Shown: positions 53,599-64,000 of the stretch, piece by piece | Layout: each line of letters starts with the position of its first letter | Position numbering within the stretch: the stretch's first letter is position 1 | Assembly: GCF_006345805.1 (NCBI RefSeq) | Contig: NC_043011.1 | Location: 22,084,464-22,148,463, forward strand | DNA length: 64,000 bases | Source: Octopus sinensis | Taxonomy: Eukaryota | Reading direction: 5' to 3' | Translations under genes and position numbers: made by a program | Notes under the pieces: model-generated | What the model was told of the DNA's origin: nothing | The model's database searches: none | The model's input: the letters and a program-made list of their open reading frames with translations, nothing else

Positions 53599-54112
53599 CA
53601 TTCTAAGAATAAAACAATCACATCATGAAAATCTCAAAGCCACAAGATAATGCATGATTAATTCAAAACAACGTGCATATATAAGGTGAAGAAATCAAAA
53701 AGTTGTACTTAATCTTATTCAAATGTTTGCCATATTGACTCTACTTAAGTTACTATTCATCATCATCATTGCAACAATCAAATGGAATTTTGTTGAGGCA
53801 GATTTTCTATGGACAGATTCCCTTCCTGTCACCAACCCTCACCTGCTTCCAAGTAAGGTAATATTTCTTCCATGGCCAGACATGATTTCACAGAAGACTG
53901 GAAACAAAAACAAACCCCTTGCACAACTGTGACATTTGTTTACAACCATCACATGAAGCCTTAGCTAGAAGACACTAATGTGCATGCACATGTACAATGG
54001 TTCCAGGTTCAGTTCCACTGCATAGTACCTTGGGCAAGCATCTTCTATAGTCCCAAGCTGACCAAAGTCTTGTGAGCAGATTTGATAGATGGAAACTGAA
54101 AGAAGCCTGTTG

Positions 54113-54157
<45 letters not shown>

Positions 54158-57100
54158 AAATAATACAAAAATGGGACAAGAACGCAAAACATCCAGACAG
54201 CTAGGTAATACAAAAAAGGGACAACAAAACATCTAGACAGACAATACAAAGAAAACAAGGACAGGTCATTCAGAGTTTTTTTTTCCTCAGTCAAGTTCCA
54301 AACTATCTTTGCAATTTCGGCTGGTTATACTCGAGATGAATTAAATTAAGCTGATGTGTATGGAATTAAAGCCTTATGCCAGGGACATAAGATCTGACAG
54401 GCACAGGAAGGAATATAGATATTGCACAGATGGTAGTCAAACCAAGAAAGAAAGGTCAGGCTTGGCCAAACACCGGTCACATGGAAAGAGAAGAGAGGTA
54501 GAGGCAGAGGGATAGTAGAATTAAGGAGGGGGCGAGAAAAAATGAAAGGGACAGTGTGAAGTGAAAGAGGAGGGAAGGTGAGCATGAAGAGAAGGCCAGG
54601 AAATGTGAGAGGGGGAACGAAAGAATGAAGCATGGAATGAACGAAGTGTGAAGGGGCCGATCATACATATATGCATGTGTGTAGTGTGCGTGTGTGTGTT
54701 ACCTTATCTTCATATTACACAATAGTTGCAAACAAGTTTCACCATCATACAAGTGGTGTCGTTTGTTTCCAATGTTCCATGAAAACCTGTCTGGGTATGG
54801 CTATGGAGAAATATTATCTGACTTGGAAATGGGTGAGGGTTGGCAACAGAAAGGACATCCAGCTATAGAAAATCTACACCAATGAACTCCATCAGCCCCA
54901 TGTAAGCATGGAAAAGTGGATGTTAAAATGATGATGATGATGATTGATTATAAACATCCCAGATGTGGGATCAACATTCCATATTAGACCTCATCTGAGC
55001 TTAGTGGAGGGAAGAGGGGGCTGAAGTATTTTCTGGTCCTAAGACCATTCTTTGGTATGTGGTTACAGTTATATTATGGATGTTTTCTCCGGGAGAGATC
55101 TTAAATGATAGTGAGGTTAAACATTTGGAACCATCATGAAGGTTCTAGGTACACACTGCTCAGGTGTGATATTTTTTTGATATTTGTTTGTTGAAGGGAG
55201 GTTCTGTTGTTAAAAGAGACAGAAATAGAACTGACCCACTGGCGTGTAAACTGTAATTAAACATTTTTGGCTCTCTAAATTAGTATGCTATGACCTACAC
55301 AAATATTTCATTTTCAAACAGAACATGTTTCTATGTATTCACCCCACTCCCTGTCAAATCATTCTTCTAAATTACCATTATATCTCACAATCAATTATAA
55401 ATACTCATAAACATTTAGCTGAAGAGATCTAATAACACCAAATCTTGTTGGTGCTGTCACCGTATTTACTGAAGGTGTATTCAATTTTTAATTTTATTTT
55501 TGGAGTTACCTCACCTGCCTTTCTTAACCAGAATTAATCCTTAAGCTAATGGGTTTGTTTTCTTCTCTATAGGTATAAGTTTTAATAATCTAAAAAATTT
55601 TAGTTCATTACATTATGTTAAGAACCCACCTGGATAATTTTTGTTGTTTCAATTTAAGCACCTGAAATAATTGCTGGTGAAAATACACAAAACATCGTCT
55701 GTCAAAAATTTTACCTGTCACCTGCTTCGTTTTTGTCCCTCCCCACCCTTTCCTTTAATTTGTTTCAAAATTTTTTTAGATCTGTTACGTTGTAAAATTA
55801 AGGTAACCACCAGCATTGTTTATTTCATTTTATTGCAAATTCGTATTCTACGATGTTTAAAGCATATAGATCCGAAGAAATACCGGTTTTTTTGGCATAT
55901 CAGATAATTTTTCACTCTATCCTATAGGAAGTTTGGCTGTCTAAATTCGTAGGAAGGTAACAAATGGAAATATATACCCAAATGAACGTGGAATTTATTC
56001 AAATACCATTAATATTTAGTTACTTTCGATTAGGTAGAAGGAACGTTAATGCCTTACCTAAGGGAACGAATTTGGTAAATTTAGATCACTTTAAAGCAGG
56101 CAGTTTGTATCATAGAACGAGCAGCGGTCGCATGCAGGTTAGAATTAAAAGAGCCAGTTCTTTCTCAAATGAGTCGCGAAATAAGTACATCGAGGAATAG
56201 CTCAAATCAAAATTGAATCCTCCAAAGAAAAAGATCAATGAAACAATTTGTAGTAATTATTTTTAGGGTGGAGAAGGTAGCGGGTACCAATAAAAAGTGA
56301 TCTAAATTTAAAACCTTCGATCCAAATTTCATAGTAATTTCTTTTCCAAACATCAGCCCGATAATAATAGCACAGATATTATTTTGAAAATCAATTAAAA
56401 TAGAGATAATTTTTCAATTTCATCACCTAGCATCGCTAAAAGTATATCTCAAAACAAAACAGCGAGATACAAGTAAGATTTACTGCATTTTTTTACCAAT
56501 GTTCACTGCCTTAAAGGAACTATCTCAGCTAAGAACCGCCTCCAAATGCGTTAAAAGCACTATAACAGTCAGAAGGCTATTTCAGAAAATTATCTCCGTT
56601 CTCTTTGAGCGTATAAAAGACAAATTTAGCTGGAGCAAAAAGAGTAAGAACAAGATAAATTTACCTCTCCGGAAATACGTTTGAGAAAAAGCTCATACAC
56701 ATCAATATCCATCTTTAGATATCACAAATGCAACAAATATCAAAAATATCTTTGTCAAATTGAAAAGAGGGTCATAGAAAAATGGCACATGTTATGAAAT
56801 TAACGAAACTTGACTAAATCTAAACACTCAGCATAAAATATTTTCCATAGCTTCTTCGCGATCTGCTAGAGTGGTTCTCTTCCCAATATATTTACGCACC
56901 ATGCAGTTAAAGAGAAGAAATTATTGAAATTAGTCATTACTAATTTTGCCCCAGTTCAACATAATTTTTTTTTTTTGAAAACTGAAAATTATTAAATTAG
57001 ACATCAGTGTGGGGAAAAATTGACTTAGAATCCAGTAGAGAAAAGAACATTGATTTTTAAACCAAAACTTATCCAGGTATTTTATTAACAACCTCAATTG

Positions 57101-60100
57101 CAATCGGGTCGAAGTTCAGAAAAAATTTCATGCAAAAAAGTACCTGTCACCTAACTATATTTCGGACTCTCAACAAATAACAACTATGCTGACAAATTTT
57201 TACTTCCAAAGATGATGCAACAGTAAAAAATGATAATGTAATGATTTCAAACAAGTAAGGAGTAAATAATGAGAAATCATAAATTACTCATTTTGCCCCA
57301 TCCCATCCCAATATATATATAAGAAAAGAAGTGGTGATAAAACAACACAATTAGTATCACGAACCAAACAAGAGAATCTCTGAACGATCGATCGACCTGG
57401 TGAAAATAGCAACCAAATCTCATTCAAACCTAGGTGACACAGAAAAATGTAATCCTTAATATAAACAAAAACGAAGGTGACGGCCAGAACACCTTTGATT
57501 ATGAGTTTGCTCGATCAGGGGCTAAACAACAATCGTAATGCAACCAAAAGCACCTAATTCTTACTCAAATTACACAATTACATTTTATCGTCTTAAAAAG
57601 GAAGGACACATTGGATCATGAGGTACGCATAACGTCCACCTAAAAAAAATTAGAAAGAGAAAAAAGAAATGAAAAGAAAAAGGATGTCTACAGCTACAAA
57701 CCTTCGATCAGAACTGAGCGAGAATTAACATAACTATAATACCTATAGAATTAAAAACAAAGTCGTCAAGCCTGACGAAAGTAACAATTAAAATTGTTTA
57801 CATTCTATCTCTGTCATTAATAGCTTTTCTTTTTAATAAAACTACAAGCTTAAGTAACAAAATAATGTAATTCTACCTTTATGGAATTTGGCACCAAAAA
57901 CCTTTCCATCATTGATAAGATTATTGACTTTTTGCCTTTTCTATTAGTCTTTTTAAACTAATTAGGTGCAACATTACATAAATTTCTCCAAAACTAACCA
58001 AATCACTTCTAAACTTCATTTCATTATTTGATTCCCCCCCCCCTCTGGTACTGATATTCAGCAAATAAATAATTTGTATATTTATTTATTTAGATTCTAT
58101 TTTGCCTTTTTTTTTGTCATATTTAAATAAATAGTGGTTTACTAACAAAAGCAAAGAAAACTTTTGTTATGGCTTTCTTTATCTGAATATTCGATTCAAA
58201 ACTCCAAAAGAACCTTAAACAACAGCTTGCTCTAACTTAATTAACATAGGGCGGGAATTTTCTTCCCGTGAAATTCACTTTACAAATATTAGCGCAATAG
58301 TGTTGAAACGGGATTTAAGATGTTTTGTTTATAAATATAAATATATGATAGATATATAATTTCCTAGATTATAATGAATTTTTTTTATGATAAATATTTT
58401 CAACTTATTTTAAAGAAAGAAATTTTGAAAATCCGGGAAAGTAACACGAGTGCTGATGCATATATAGTAAAGATAAATTAATAAAGAAATTAAGGGACGA
58501 TCAGCGCCCGTCGGTCTCAACCAGTGGGTAAATTTATCCGCTGGGGATAAAAACTACAGAGTAAGAATAGTTCGTATAATACTTGATCATACGCTATTAT
58601 AGAAATTTATAGTTATTAAAAATAAAATATTATTGCTGAGAGATCATACACATTGGTCACATAACGACAGGCGGGGGAGGCATGAAAGCGTGACAAATTC
58701 TGATGGTGTCCGGTAAAATAAATCACCCGGTAATTTACATCACGAGCTGATACGTCGGTAAATGTTATGCATTTTTTTTTTTTTCTTGTCTTACAGTAAA
58801 TAATAATAAATGGCTAAACATTATTCACGGTTGTTTTGTTTTTATTTTTATTTGCAGAGTAAATATATCAAATTTCACTAATAATGAAAGAAGAAATTCA
58901 AAGACACAAAAAGAAATTTTTTGATATTTAAATTTACTATATATATTCGTGAAAAAAAATTCATGTTTAATTTTGAAAATAGAATTACAAATTACTGCAA
59001 TTTAGAGAATGGATAATGCTTCTTTCTTTTTTTATATATTGGAAGGAAGAAATATTTATAAAAGACAAAATATGAACATGTTTAAAAGATCCAGTAATTC
59101 GCAACTTTGGATATCCATTGACGATACGCGGAATTTTCGCTGGACTACCTTTATATTCTCTTACGTGAAATTTCTGCACAAGTGATATATTGTTCGATTT
59201 TCACTTCGTTTCTTGATTGATTTTTTTTTCTATACGATTTCCAAAAGTTTTCATATTTATATGATGGAATGAATTCATTAAAATATACCCACTTTTCGGA
59301 AAGTTATGAAGAAACAAAGTTGACTTATGTTAATTATTCGAAACTTCTCTCTCTCTCCCACAGCTCCGAGTTTGTTTTTTTTTTTAATTATATAAATATC
59401 ATCGTTTCTTTTTGACAACAAATTCCAATGTAATCATAATTTAACCATCTGAAAGGCATTCATAGAAAATGCCATTAAAAAATATCCATTTTTCTGAAAG
59501 TTATTAGGAAACAAATCGTGGAGGGGGCACGCTGGTGTAGACACGCCGATTTTTTTTAAATATCTTTTTCGTTGTTAATAAAATTCGTCGTATTTATTCT
59601 GCGAATAAAAACTAAATAATATCAAAGCAATGTAATTTACTCTGCGGACAAAAGATAAAACAAAGCCGGGGGAGGAGGTGACTTGACAAACGATGTACTT
59701 GAAATGAGTAAATCGATGTTGTGTGGCTCGTGATAATTACCTTGTGATAAAATTACAAGTGATGTATTTACCACGATGTAATTGCTCACACGTGAACTGA
59801 TTTTGATCTGTGCCGTTTTAAAGTATGGGCACATTGAATGGTTACCCGGGGGGACTCGCGGGCACATGGGGAGGGAAGGCAATTCTGATCTATGTAGGCT
59901 GTGACTTGCTGACAATAAATAAATACTATAAGGCCCAATTTATTGAATTGCCCGCGTGTCTATAACGCTGTTAAAATGGCCTTATTGTAATGCTATGTTT
60001 CTGTCTGGAAACGAAGGGATAAATAGTGAAATAAATCAAGCCGATGGGCTAAATAACAGTGGAAACACTAAGTATGCGATTGACAACATGCAACAAATAG

Positions 60101-60542
60101 CGGCCAAATTGCCTCAAATTGCACGCTACTGTCTTGAAAAAAAGGTCTATTTCTAGATATACATAAAGAGAGGATGGTCACAACCTTGACCATAAGTCTA
60201 TTCAGTCAAGACTGACCTGAGGTCGAACAACATCAGCTAAATTGCCCGTAATTCTAACTCTATGCAATATGGCTGAAGGGAAAATACCTGCAAGTAACCT
60301 GTAAGGATAATGATTGCATATGAATGCACGAAAACGCTCAGTTCCACACCCTGTTAAGAGAAAAATTACATATTGGCTCTATATATTGAGAATTATTTCA
60401 ATAGAACAGTTGAACATTAAAATACGGTCTATTAATTGATATATAATATTTATTTGATAAATTCCATGTCTATTCAATATTATCTTGCCTGAGAAATTAT
60501 CCTGATTTTATAAATTTATATTTTGCATTAGTTTATCAAGTA

Positions 60543-60614
60543 TCCCATGTGGTCTAGTGGTTAGGATTCCTGGCTTTCACCCAGGCGGCCCGGGTTCGAT
60601 TCCCGGCATGGGAA
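60543..60614 (+). tRNA. trnE-TTC: tRNA-Glu (anticodon TTC)
   Basis: 72-nt cloverleaf: acceptor TCCCATG/CATGGGA, anticodon arm CCTGG-CTTTCAC-CCAGG (TTC at 60576-60578), T-loop GGTTCGATTCC, Pol III poly-T at 60620-60629. Confidence 0.97.
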
Positions 60615-61024
60615 CTTGATTTTTTTTTTAATGGAAATGTTTTATTTTTTTGTTCATAATTGATTTAAAACAGTCTGTCATTTAAGAAACAAATTTCATA
60701 TTTTGTTTTCATCGAATCATGTAAGGAGTAGTAGTTTTAAAACGTATGCAGAATCGAAAAGATAATTTTACAAAATGATCTTTGATTTTGTCACGAGTAA
60801 TAGCTGATTAATTTATAGAAAGATGAATAGAAAAACTTTATTCATTATCAACTATTATTTATCTGAAACAAATGAAAAGGCGAGCTCACGATGCTTGTTT
60901 TTGATGGCTTTGTCAGATGAGGTTTTATCAACTAAGACAATTTTTTAAAGAAAAATAACGTTATCCCTGATATATGCCAGGAAAGACTTTCTTTTTTGTA
61001 CACCCCAAACGTAATCATTTTTTA

Positions 61025-61298
61025 AAAATTGATTTCGTACCATGTCTTATAATAATGATGATGAGAAAGTCATAAAAGTTAAGAATTTCTATTTAAAAAA
61101 GACTTCATTTCTGTATTAGGTATATTCATGTCCCAATTTGCCTAACCTTAAGATCTAAATTGCCTAATTATGAAATTTGCCTAACCTTTGGACATGAATA
61201 TACATACTTCAGAAACGAAGTTTTTTTTTAATAGAAATTCTTAATTTGTATGACTTTTACATCATTATTATTGTAAGACATGGTAGAAAATCAATTTT
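61025..61298. mobile_element. Foldback-type MITE with long inverted arms
   Basis: Arms 61025-61133 and 61190-61298 are reverse-complementary (weaker extension to ~60975/61360); centre has three AAT(T)TGCCTAA repeats. Confidence 0.75.
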
Positions 61299-61377
61299 CC
61301 ACCATGTGTAATATTTTTTAAAAATTTTATACTGAGGTACAAAAGGAAGGCTTTCTGACCACGTGTGTATCGTTGGC

Positions 61378-61656
61378 GATTTTCTTTCTCCGTCTTCCCT
61401 TCCTTGGACTTTTCCTTTTTTCTATATTTCTGACGAAGAGCTCCGCTCAAAACGTTAAATCCTCCTTCTTTCTTTCCTTTCCTGAGCGTCTAATAACACT
61501 ATACTTGTTCCATGTCCTCGCATTGTTGTTTTCTCTTTGTTCATGTTTGGATTAACTATATATATATATGAGGATTTAACGTTTCGAGCGGAGCTCTTTG
61601 TCAGAAATATAGAAAAAAGGAAAAGTCCAAGGAAGGGAAGATGGAGAAAGAAAATC
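61378..61656. repeat. 87-bp inverted repeat of Penelope-type sequence with hammerhead-like motif
   Basis: 61378-61464 vs 61570-61656, 3 mismatches; consensus CTGACGA-A-GAGC-TCC-GCTC-GAAAC-GTT. Confidence 0.88.
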
Positions 61657-62419
61657 TTATATACATTCATCATCATCGTTTAACTTCCGTTTTCCGCGCT
61701 ATTTTCGTGTGTCCCTACACCCCCACTATCGTCTTGGGAAATGGGTGGGGAAAAATTGAACCAAAGTAGTATGATTGTCAGTTGGTAGCAAATGCTATTG
61801 CTGCACTATACAGAAGCATGAAAAGACATCACTGAACTACAGAAGTATTTGGATATATGTGTATTGTAATTTATATGTTTAAAATATACCCAGATAAAAA
61901 ATATATTTTGGGAATATAAGTGAACACTGATTTAGAAGTCCTTGAATTTATAACATTAATTACTTTCATTTTTATCATGCTGCATTTAGTATCAGTGTTT
62001 GGTAGTCACTGAGGATTCTACTAGTTCTTTCTGAAGCTATGCCTATAATTAAGTAGTTTGTCTTAGAGCTAAAATTGTTGAATAAATATTTTACAATGTT
62101 GTTCATTTTACATGTATGTATATATATATATGAATGAGAAAAGGAAGAAAATGGAGAAACTGACATGCAGATATCAGTTTATTCAAAGATATGCAAATCC
62201 ATATAATGAAATTTGAGTATCTTTGAGTAAACTGATGTCTGCATGTCAATTTCTCCATTTCCTTCCTTTGCTCATTCAGGATGAGAGGCAAAGTTGACCT
62301 CAGTGGTATTTGAACTCAGAATCTAATGACAGACGATATACCACTAAGCATTTTGCCCAGCACACTAACAATTCTGCCAGCTTTCCATATTAATAAAATG
62401 AATAATAATAATGTAATAT

Positions 62420-63860
62420 AAATAAAATGTCAAATGTTTTGGTGCATGACTTTTAGCATGTATTTCTAATGTCTTGCTTCCCTTTCTGCTACTTGATACT
62501 GTTTTCTACCACTTCATTTCTTACAGTCTTTCCAGATCTGTCTTTCAGTTTTCATGTCTCTAACTGTAGTACTATTCCAACACCATATCATCTTCCATCT
62601 GGATGAAATCTTACCCCATTTAGATATCTGATCTGTAGCCCTCAGTTTAGGAAGGAGCTTGCTTCATGATCCTGGGTTCAGTTCCACTATGTGGCACCTT
62701 GGGCAAGTGTCTTCTACTGTAGCCCCAGGCCAGCGAAAGCCTTGTGAGCAGTTTTAATAGACATAAACTGAAAGAAGCCCATTATATACATACACACACA
62801 TATGTATGTTATGTATGTATGGATGGATTATGTGAGTGTGTGTTTGTCTCTTTGTCTAGACATCGCATGAGAGTTGCAAAATGATTGTCACTATCATAAA
62901 AACAGCGTTGTTCATTTCTAATATTATGTGAGAATACGTTTGACCATGGTGAAATATTACTTTGCATGGAAACAGGTGAGGGTTAGTGACAGGAAAGGAC
63001 TCCAGCCACAGAAAATCTACCTCAATATCTGTCCAACCCATGCAAGCTTGGAAAAGTGAACATTAAAACAATGATCATGATGATGATCTTTCCTACTGTC
63101 AGATGTATCATCTAGTGCTTCTCTGAACCTACAACTTGTTGGGTCTCTTTCAGCTTCTATATTTCCCTTCTCCAAGTTGAAACTTCCTTTAAGTTCTTAG
63201 TTTGAAGTAACAAATGACAAGTCCATTGTGAGTGGTTCATTCTTCCATGGAAAGATTTGTTTGTAACCATTTATTTGGCCAGTTTCCTGGTGAATATAAA
63301 TTCTAAGTAGTTTGTGTGTTTGCTTTGTAGGTGATTAGGTGTCTGGTTGGTTTCCTGTGGTTACCGTAGTAAATGGTTAGGTCATCTGCATTGCAGAACC
63401 CCAGAAGCCTTTATCCCCAATTCATTCCTTGTATCATATCCATGAGCACTATGTATACCAAGGACATCCAAACATGTTAATTAAATGATCAGTTGTGATT
63501 ATGTGGTCACAGTCATTCATTATCAAGGTAATCTGTGAAGGGGCCTCATAAAAGCTGTCCTTTGGTTCACCGGCTAACTTTTATCATGGTGTGTTTATAA
63601 AGATAAATGGCACTGTTGTGTTGTCTAATGCAACCTTAATTATTGTGATTTCCATTATTTTATCTATCTAGTTCTCTGCTAACAATATACTTCCTTCCTC
63701 TATTCAATCACTGTTACCTACCTATGAGAATTTGTATTTGTATAATTGTTCCTTGCTCATGTGGAATCTGATTTAGACTCATCTTGATCTTGCCACTTGA
63801 GTACAGCATGCATTTATTCAACTCTGCTCTAATACCTCTAATACCTCTCTACTTTCACTT
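62420..63860 (-). mobile_element. Decayed RTE LINE fragment (AP endonuclease region) interrupted by a SINE at ~62650-63087
   Basis: Minus-strand HSAHGYDTRNELG..RLLGFCNADDL..HRKPTRHLITY and ATDQISKWGK...IWCWN motifs. Confidence 0.7.
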
Positions 63861-63920
63861 GACCCAATTTCCATCATGCTGCCACTGACAGTGGCAGCTC
63901 TTAAGTTTTGGATTTGTGTC

Positions 63921-63951
<31 letters not shown>

Positions 63952-64000
63952 ATATAATCCTTTACTTAAACAATTAAAATCAAGTTAATCTTTCACATAT

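Noticed and set aside
59520-59560. Short GC hairpin plus T-run resembling a small Pol III RNA or terminator
   Set aside because: No A/B boxes or recognisable ncRNA family; too short to support

Overview
AT-rich animal genomic DNA. From my recollection of the SINE and LINE families, it is most likely an octopus or other coleoid cephalopod; this is inferred, not verified. The + strand carries the 3' part of a VPS13A/C-type lipid-transfer gene: 25 GT-AG exons from 1314 to 46719, with consistent splice phases, encoding 915 aa plus a stop (end of VAB repeats, WWE-like domain, ATG2_C-like region, PH-like domain). A ~3.5 kb apparently transposon-free 3'UTR follows. The introns are crowded with tRNA-derived SINEs, RTE LINE fragments, two internally deleted mariners, a decayed piggyBac with a nested hAT MITE, other MITEs, a Helitron and Penelope-like remnants. 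Downstream are a CpG-retaining intergenic region and an intact tRNA-Glu(TTC). The most unusual signals are hammerhead-ribozyme-like motifs of Penelope type, found in long inverted duplications (31829-31999, 61378-61656) and as a tandem pair with an extra hairpin (35160-35330). Also notable are a complete 409-bp BovB/RTE-like non-autonomous element with a target-site duplication (TSD) and possible competing RNA pairings around exon 14. Exon numbers count from the first exon visible in the window. Repeat coordinates without a TSD are approximate.
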